From: Chiloscyllium plagiosum | Taxonomy: Eukaryota | Assembly: GCF_004010195.1 (NCBI RefSeq) | Contig: NC_057756.1 | Span: forward strand, 715,805-779,804 | DNA length: 64,000 bases | Direction of reading: 5' to 3' | In this document: one piece after another, positions 55,162-64,000 of the stretch | Layout of the letters: each line of letters starts with the position of its first letter | Position numbering within the stretch: position 1 is the stretch's first letter | Position numbers and translations under genes: made by a program | Notes under the pieces: generated by a model | What the model saw: only the letters and a program-made list of their open reading frames with translations | Told to the model about the DNA's origin: nothing | Database searches by the model: none

Positions 55162-55488
55162 NNNNNNNNNNNNNNNNNNNNNNNNNNNNNNNNNNNNNNN
55201 NNNNNNNNNNNNNNNNNNNNNNNNNNNNNNNNNNNNNNNNNNNNNNNNNNNNNNNNNNNNNNNNNNNNNNNNNNNNNNNNNNNNNNNNNNNNNNNNNNNN
55301 NNNNNNNNNNNNNNNNNNNNNNNNNNNNNNNNNNNNNNNNNNNNNNNNNNNNNNNNNNNNNNNNNNNNNNNNNNNNNNNNNNNNNNNNNNNNNNNNNNNN
55401 NNNNNNNNNNNNNNNNNNNNNNNNNNNNNNNNNNNNNNNNNNNNNNNNNNNNNNNNNNNNNNNNNNNNNNNNNNNNNNNNNNNNNNNN

Positions 55489-55524
<36 letters not shown>

Positions 55525-55650
55525 GTCTGTGTGCCTGTCTGTCTATCTATCTACCTACTTGTCTACTTATCTACCTACCTGTCTATCCATCTGTCTGTCT
55601 ATCTATCTACCTGTCTATCCATCTACCTTTCTATCTATCTGTCTGTCTGT
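55056..55650. repeat. (TATC)n/(TGTC)n microsatellite spanning gap 55162-55488
   Basis: Direct reading. Confidence 0.95.
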
Positions 55651-56204
55651 AAGCTGACCAAAATATGAAATGGTGTGTTGAACATGCATTCAGTTTTGAA
55701 GCCTTCAAATATGAACGTTGTGCAAGTTGAAGTCCAAACATACTGCATAGTATTCATTGAGATTTAATGTCCTGTTCCGTGCTTAACTACATGAGTAAAT
55801 GAACGTTCTGCGTTTTTCAATCAAAAAGAAGTAACGACTAGCACGAAGAGGTTACAAAAAAAGTATTTGATCCATTTCAATCAATTGTTAATGAGCCAGT
55901 TGCATTGCATGATGTGTGTATTCTGCTGCTCAAAACTCATTGATGCATGATGAATAGTGTTTACACCCTTGCTATTTCCATTAATTCACCAATACACTAC
56001 ATGTTTTGCTATGTGATAGTGAATGTGAGCGTGAATATTTGGGGCCGAAATAAATATCAGGACAGTATTAAGATTAATCAAGACACAATGCAAATTAATT
56101 TTCTGACATGACATAAGTAGGCATTGAATATACACATCAGGATAAAGTCAGTAGAATGTGCTGAAATTAAAATTCACTTACATTTTTGCGTTTCAATTTG
56201 CCAG

Positions 56205-56240
56205 AGCTCGAAGCATGCAAAGAAGCAGAAAAGGAATTAG
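56205..56240 (+). CDS. Coiled-coil micro-exon 21 (36 nt, A): ELEACKEAEKEL
   Basis: tttttgcgtttcaatttgccAG acceptor, TAG|GTACTA donor. Confidence 0.9.
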   Translation, partial: SSKHAKKQKRN

Positions 56241-56460
56241 GTACTATATTATGTGTGTGTATATGGATATATATCTATCTATAAATATATATATATATAT
56301 CATGACATGGTTCATTCAGCTGCCCATGCTCGAACGTGCAGAAACTAATTTCAATCTTTCTACCGTTGCTTCCTAAACTCTACAGTAAATCACCCCATAC
56401 TCTCATGACTGCGACAGAATATTTCTAGCAGTTGGGTTACGAATTGAGATAGCCTGAATT

Positions 56461-59400
56461 AGAGTCATAGTCATAGAAATGTACAGCACAGAAATAGACC
56501 CTTCAGTCCAACTCGTGCATGCCGAGCAGATATCCCAACTCAATCTTGTCCCACCTGCCAGCACTCGGCCCATATATCCCTTCAAACCCTTCCTATACAT
56601 ATACTCATTCAGATGCCTTTTAAATGTTGCAATCATACAAGCCTCCACCACTTCCTCTAGCAGCTCATTCCATACACGTACCGCCGTCTGCTTGAAACAA
56701 ATGCCTCTTAGGTGTCTTTTATATCTTTCTCCTCTCACCCTAAACCTAAGCGCTATAGTTTTGGACTTCCCCACCCCAGAGAAAAGACCTTTTCCATTTA
56801 CCCTACCCATGTCCCCCATGATTTTATAAACATTTCGGCTCTCCAGGGAAAATAGCTACAGCCTAATCAACTTCTCCCTATTACACAAACCCTCCAACCG
56901 TGGCAACAACTTTGTAAACATTTTCTGAACTCTTTCATGTTTTACAACATCTTTCCGATAGGAAGGAGACCAAAATTACACACAATGTTCCAAACGTGGC
57001 CTAACCAATGTCCTGTACAGCTGCAACATAACCTCCCAACTCCTGTACTCAGTACTCTGATCGATAAAGGAAAGCATTCCAAACGCCTTCTTCACTATCT
57101 TATCTAATTGTGACTCCAGTTTCAAGGAGCTGTGAACCTGCACTCCATGGTCTCTTTGTTCAGCAATGCTCCCTAGGACCTTATCATTAAGGGTGTGAGT
57201 CCTGCTAAGATGTGCTTTTCCAAAATGCAGCTCCTCGCATTTATCTGAATTAAACTCCATCTGCCACTTCTCAGCCCATTGGACCATCTACTCAGTATCC
57301 CGTTGTAACCTGAAGTAACCTTCTTTGCTGTCCACTACACCTCCAATTTGGGTGTCATCTGCAAACTTACAAATTATAACTCTTATGCTCATATCAAAAG
57401 CATGTATGTAAATAATGAAAAGTCGTGGACCCAGCATCAATCCTTGTGGCACTCCACTGGTCACAGGCCTCCAGACTGAAAAAAAAACGTCCACCTCCCC
57501 CCCTTCTATCTTTAAGCCAGTTCTGTATCCAAATGGCTAGTTCTCCCTGTATTCCATTCGACCTAATCTTGCTAAACAGTCTCGCATGGGAACCTTGTCA
57601 ACTGCCTTACTGAAGACCATATAGATCACGTCCACTGCTCTGCCCTAATCAATCCTCTGTGCTACTTCTTCAAAAAGTTCTATCAAGTTTGTGAGACTTG
57701 GTTTTCCACGCACAAAGCCATTTTGACTGTCCCTAATCTGTCCTATCTTTTCCAAATACATGTACATCCTGTCCTTCGTGATTCCCTCCAACAACTTACC
57801 TACCGTCGGCGTTAGGCTCACTGGTCTACAGTTCCCTGGCTTGTCCTTACCACCCTTCTTAAACAGTGGCACCACTTCCGCCAACCTCCAGTCTTTCAGC
57901 ACCTTTCCTGTGACTATTGAATATTCAAATATCTCAGCAAGGGGTCCAGCAATCACTTCCATAGCTTCCCTCAGCATTCTAGGGTACACCTGATCAGGTC
58001 CTGGGGATTTATCCACGTTTATGCGTTTGAAGACATCCAGCGCTTCCTCCTTTCTAATATGAACATATTTCAAGATGTCGCCATCTACGTCCCTACATTA
58101 TATACTTTCCATGTCCATTTCCACAGTAAACAATGATGCAAAATACTCGTTTAGTATCTCTCTCATCTGCTGCTCTTCCACACAAAAGGCCGCCTTGCAA
58201 ATGCCTGAGGGGTCCTATTCTCTCCCTAGTTACCCTTTTCTCCTTAATACATTTGTAAAAACACTTTGGATTCTTCCTAACTCTATTTGCCAAAGTTATC
58301 TCATGTCCCCTTTTTGCCCTTCTGTTTTCCTTCTTAAGTATACTCCTACTGCCGTTATACTTTTCTAAGAAGTCATTTCATTTATCTTTTGTATATCTGA
58401 TATATCTTCCTTCATATTCTAAAACAAACCCTCAATTTCTTTAGTCACCCATCATTCCCTATACCTACCAGCCTTTCCTTGCACTCGAACAGGAATTTCC
58501 CATCTCTGAACTCTCGTTATCTCATTTCTGAAGGCTTCCCATTTTTCAGCCGTCATTTTACTTGTGAACACATGCCCCCCAATCAGCTTTTGAAAGTTCT
58601 GACTAATACCGTCAAAATTAACTTTCCCCCAAATTAGAACTTCAACTTTTAGATATGGTCTATCCTTTTCCATCACTATTTTAAGACTAATCGAATTACG
58701 GTCGCTGGCCCCAAAGTGCCCCTCTGACACCTCCGTCACCTGCCCTGCTTTATTCCCAAGAGTATTGCACCTTCTCTAATAGGTGTATCCACATATTGAA
58801 TCAGAAAATTTTCTTTTACACACTTGTACATAAATTCGTCTCCTTCTAAACTCTTAACGCTATGGCAGTTTTAGTCTATGTTTGGAAAGTTAAAATTTCC
58901 TACCATAACCACCCTATTATTCGTTAAGATACCTGAGATCTCCTTACAAATCTGTTTCTCAATTTCCATCTGGCAATCACGTGATATCCCTTTCTTATTT
59001 CTCAGTTCCACCCAAATACCTTCTATGAATGTATTTCCGGGAATATGCGCCCTCAGTACAGTTGCAATGCTATGCTCTATCAAAAACGCCGCTCCATCTC
59101 CTCTCTTGGCTCCCTTTCTGTCCTTCCTGTAGCAAATGCATCCTGGAACATTAAGCTGCGTGTCCTGTCCATCCCTGAGCCACGTTTTTGTAAATGCTAT
59201 AACATTGCAGTCCCATGCTTGTAACCATGCTCTGAGTTCATCTACCTTCCCTGTTCTCCCTCTTGCATTGAAATAAATGCAGTTAATTTATCAGTCCTAC
59301 CTTGTTCACTGCGTGGTCCCTGCCTGCCCTGATTCGCTTCTTATCTCGTCTGTACCTGTCTCAGATTGATGTCTTGCCTCACTATCTCCCTCTCTTCCAC

Positions 59401-60950
59401 CTTAATAGTTTAAATCCTCCTGAGCAGCTCTAGCAAATCTCCATGTCAGTATATTATTCCCCTTCCAATTCAGATGCAATCTGTCCTTCTTGTACAGATC
59501 ACTTCTACCCCAGAAGTAATTCCAATGATCCAGAAATGTGAATGCTTCCCCCTTACACCAGCTCCGCAGCTATAGATTCATCTGCTCTATCCTCATATTC
59601 CTACCCCGACTAGTTCGAACACCTGGAGTAATCCAGATATTACTACTTTTGAGCATCTCATTTTAAAATTCCTGCCTCACTCTCAACATTCTACCTTCAG
59701 AATCTCATCCTTTTGCCTTCCAATGTCATTGGTTCCAATATATACAATGACCTCCTGCTGGTCTCTCTCACCCTTGAGAACATTCAGCAACCCTTTCAGA
59801 GATGATCCTGTTCCTGGCACGGGGGAAGGCAATGCACCATTCAGATTTTTCTCTGCTGGCACAAGAAACGTCTATATGTACCTTGGATTAGGGAGTCCCC
59901 TAACATAATTGATCTCTTGTAACCCGACGTACCCCTCATTGCATTAGAGTCAGTCTCAATACCTGGAACTTGGCTGTTCTTGCGACATTCTCCTCAGAAT
60001 CATTAACCACCTACAATTTCCAAAACAGCATATTTGCTTGAAATGGGGATAGCCACAGAAGACTCCTGCACTACCTGCCTATCTCTCTTACCTTACCTGG
60101 AGTTAATCCATCTATATGACTGTATCTACAACTTTTCTCCCTTCCTATAACTGCCATTCATCACATCCCCTTGCTCTTGTAAATTCTTCATTGTCTTTAG
60201 CTGTCTCTCCGACTGATCCATTCGATCTGATAGGATTCACAATCAACGGCATTTATTGCAGATATAATCCTCAGTAACACGCAAACTCTCTCTGAACTCC
60301 CACATCCGACAAGAAGAGCATATCACTCCACTAAAGGCCATTTTTGCTTCTTCCAATCTACAGACCTAGAAAATTGCACTATATCATTCCTCTACAACAA
60401 CACTGCTTCAGGTTAACTTAGTAATTTTGGCTTATATCTTTAAATTTGATCAAGAGACATAGCTCAATAAAGCATATAATCGAGAAAGAACCCGCTCTAC
60501 TCACTACTACACACTTTCTGCAAGCCCACACTTAAACATATTTATTTATCTGTTTCTGTACTGTGACCTCTCCCAAACAGGTTCCGTCAAGATTAGTTAT
60601 GAATTTCACTGTTTGTTAATTTTCCCAGACACACTCTTATGTCCAGCGATACATGAATTCAAACAGCAAAGGCAGTGACTCCGCAGGTTCACTGCTGCAT
60701 CAGTTAACAGTGTGGGTTTCTGCACTGACCTCACTATATTCTGCCTTTGTCTGTTCCTCTCCCCTTTAAAAGGGCTATTCTTTGACTTCCTTTTTTCTCG
60801 AAATTTTCAAAACAACGCACTAGCATATAAAGCAGTAATTGATGCTCCTGGAATTCGTAGAAATCACCTCCAACACCTAAAATACCTCAAAAAAGTACAA
60901 TCAGTCTGTCTCAACCAATCAAATATTGTCATATTCAATGCTCAATCTCC
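56461..60950 (-). mobile_element. Near-full-length decayed CR1-type LINE
   Basis: Minus ORF2 pieces 'WVELRNKKG', 'VMVGNFNFPNID', 'KSPGPDQVYPR', 'SGVPQGLMLGP...KFADDT'; ORF1 begins near 60341 with Cys-rich MAFSGVICSSCRMW; (ctatga)-type 3' tail at 56461-56476; 5' boundary approximate. Confidence 0.9.
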
Positions 60951-61671
60951 TGTCAACAATTAGTCTCGAATAAAATGTTTTTCGGTTCTGTAAGTTAATT
61001 AAATCACTGGATGTAATCTTATGGTAGCATCAAGCTAATGGAAGATCCCTAGATAAATATCCACAACAACTTACGGCAGGTGCCATGGGATAATTCAGTG
61101 ATGAAACCTGTTACGTAGTTAGAAGCTACATTTTGAAGTCCAACTACAGCAATACATAGCATAGTAATATCCATCATGAAATGATCCAATATTAAATTTT
61201 CCAGCATGCACCAAAACCATCCAGTTAGAGAGGGAGAGATTTTTTTTCAGTGAGATGACAAGAATACATTGGAGATCCTGTTGTTATAATCTATATGTTA
61301 CAATATGTATATCAAGCACATCAATTCTGTCTCCTGGTGCGTGTGATATGCTTGGTATATATGGATCAGTTTGGTGCTTATAACACAAAGCATCGACTTC
61401 TTCTGCTGTTGGGATATATTTTGAATGTGGTTCCTCACCCTACCATCCATGGGTCTAATTTTGTTAACAATGGGTCTGCGTTGCCACCGGAAATTCATAA
61501 ATAAGGAACGAATTGCATCACTATGCACGCATTTGTCTTAACATTATAGAGAATTATAGGCAGGTTGCTATAAAGTAATACTTCTGCAAATTATGTTTTA
61601 TATAAATGTATCTTTAAGGATGCAAACGCGTTAAAAATTATTTAATCATCCTATTTTATTTCTTCTAAAAG

Positions 61672-61698
61672 GAGAAAAGCTGGAAAGCAAAACGAAAG
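61672..61698 (+). CDS. Coiled-coil micro-exon 22 (27 nt, B): GEKLESKTK
   Basis: ttttatttcttctaaaAG acceptor, AAG|GTAATA donor. Confidence 0.87.
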
Positions 61699-63984
61699 GT
61701 AATAGTATAACTATGCACTGATCTAAATAGAAGAACGTTTTTGTGCCGTTTTACGAATATAATTTCACCTCATATAATTCACGAATGAAGGCCTTTTCTT
61801 CTCCTTAAATTTCAAAGATACTAATGCAAATATCTCCTGAAATGTGTTTGTCACATAACATAAAGATTCAGCTTGCGTTGACAATCAATTTTAAATTAAA
61901 TAACATTAGCTATCAAATAGTAAGAAACTGAAAACGAAAACCAGGAGGAACTTACCGATTAAATTAATCTTTGGAAAGTGGAATTTATTGCTGTATGCGT
62001 ATTTTAAGGAAACATACAAGTTTGGTAAAGAAATAAAGGAAGGCTAAACTTAAAGAGTGAGATAAATTAGTCGAAGCAGGGACTCAATCGTATTATATGA
62101 ACAGTTATACTTCATGCTGTACTTGTGGAGAAGAAAAAGTGAGCATTTTGAGTTGTGGATGCCCCTTTCCTGGAATGGAAGTGCTTTGGAACATGATCAT
62201 TTACATCTTCTCAATAAAAAGGAGCTGCAAGTCGAACAGTTGGTGGAATGGCCCACTACGAAATCAAAGTAGACAGCTAATTCTGGTAGACAATTTGCAT
62301 AGACTGCAGAAGAAAGGATTTAGCTGATTGGACCTTCACAGGCTTTTTTACAGAACGTCAGTGCCCGTTTCCAGACCCCTGCATTTTTTCTTCCCGAATC
62401 GGTGTGCTCTATTTGCATCAAAATGGTCTCGAAATGTCCTCTTCGACTGTTAAATTGAACTTGAGATAATCACATTTCATGGCAGTACATACGAGGATAA
62501 GTTTTCAGAGCAGGGTAAGCATCTGGCACCTCCAGCCTGCTATGGAAGTCAATGAGATCATGGCTGATCTGTTTTTGTCGACTCAGCTCCAGTTAACCAT
62601 CTGCGCACCACAACTCTTAATTCCTTTACTGGTGAAATATCTATATTTCCCTTAAAAAAATTCAAGAAGTAGCCACAACCACTTCACTGGGTGGGGAGTT
62701 CCAGAAATTCACAACTATTAGGGGTAAGAAATTCCACATCAGTTCAATCGTAAATCAGCCCACACTCCTATTTTGACTCTATGCTCCCTATTTCTAGTTT
62801 CACCCGTATATGCTTATGTTTTATCTATTCCTCTCATAATTGTAGAGGTTTCTATCATATCCCCCTTCGTTCTTCTAAATTTCAATGTGTAGAGTCTGAG
62901 TCCACTCAATGGCACCTCCTAAGTAAAGCCTCTCAATTTCAGAATTAACATCCGATGCACCTCCTCCAGCGGTTCTTTGTCAATTAATATTCTTTGTCAA
63001 GTAAGCAGACCACAACTGCCTGCAATAATCCAGGGTGCGGCCTCAGCAGAACCCTATATAGCTGCAAAGTAACTTCCCTATTTTTAAACTCTATCCCTCT
63101 ACTAATGAAGAACAATATTCCATTTTCCATTGTACTATTGACTGTGTCAGCAAGTGTTTTTTCCCCACATTTGCTTGCTTCTTTTGCACATCAGTGGTCT
63201 TTCTTCCTTCATCCATTTACGCAGAGAAACAGCTTTTCACTGTCTATCCTATCCAGCCGACTCATTATTTCGGATCCTGTATAAACTCTAATCCCAGCCT
63301 CCTTCTCTCAAAGTAAAACAGGACCAACCACTTCAATAGATCCTCATATTGGAATTTTTTCATTGCTCTAACCGTTATTTTAAATCCTTTCTGCACTGTG
63401 TTCAAAGAAATCCAACCTTCCCACCAATATAGTGCCCATAACTGAACACAATATTCCGGCTGAAGTCAAACAAATGTAAACAGGTTCAACATCATCTACT
63501 GCGATTGAACTGTATGCCCCATTCATAAAATAAAGGGCACTGTAATTTTGGCAAACTGGTTTCCCCTGCTTTACAGCCACATTCAAAGCTGTATGTGAAA
63601 ACTCATTCATGCCGCACTGTTCCAGAAACACTTTCACAACGCTCCACTCTTGTTCATATTATTTTCCAATGTTCTTGCAAGCAACGTTATTCAGACCTAT
63701 ATTTCTGTACAGTGGAAATAATCTGACACCAAGCCACTCATTAGTTACAGATAGTAACAGATAGTTACACAATGTAAATTGGTTTCACCCAGTACATTTC
63801 AGTGACAGAAACAAATGTCAATTCCAAGCACGATTTTCATAAGAAGTAACGAATCAAGTTTTATGACTCAAAAGGAAAGTTACCTCACTGTATTAAGCTA
63901 TTTGTAAAACTGCTGAGGTAAAGATAAATGCTGACCTGTTTGAGCAACATTATTTAAATAATATATTATATTTTTCCTTGTTAG

Positions 63985-64000
63985 AGTTTGAAGACTTTCA
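63985..64000 (+). CDS. Probable micro-exon 23 (class A, cut by the window end): EFEDF...
   Basis: tttttccttgttAG acceptor; hydrophobic residues at positions 2 and 5 as in class A; donor not visible. Confidence 0.6.

Noticed and set aside
55017..55652. 211-aa ORF with SIYL repeats
   Set aside because: Translation of the (TATC)n microsatellite plus an N gap.
1..64000. CRISPR arrays, rRNA/tRNA genes, prokaryotic operons
   Set aside because: No repeat-spacer arrays were seen, the tRNA-like boxes belong to SINE heads, and the sequence is eukaryotic intron-type DNA.

Overview
This is eukaryotic, repeat-rich genomic DNA with three assembly gaps. The repeat families (HE1-like V-SINE, CR1 LINEs, Penelope-like elements, Gypsy LTR remnants) suggest a cartilaginous fish; that assignment is inference. 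The long ORFs in the supplied track that I could assign are decayed transposon fragments. The main signal is a + strand gene that the ORF track does not show as a unit: 22 complete micro-exons plus one partial, spread over about 58 kb (5487 to the window end). Each has AG/GT boundaries and is 36, 27 or 15 nt long, all are symmetric phase 1, and they alternate almost strictly 36/27. Spliced in order they give a stop-free 220-aa Glu/Lys-rich coiled coil. Each 36+27 pair encodes 21 aa (three heptads), with a recurrent Cys at one core position. The start and end of the gene lie outside the window, so its identity is unknown. The architecture recalls the heptad micro-exon tails of butyrophilin and avian BG genes. 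Secondary features are Penelope-like terminal repeats forming long hairpins with target-site duplications and a hammerhead-ribozyme-like core, nested retroelement insertions, and microsatellites.
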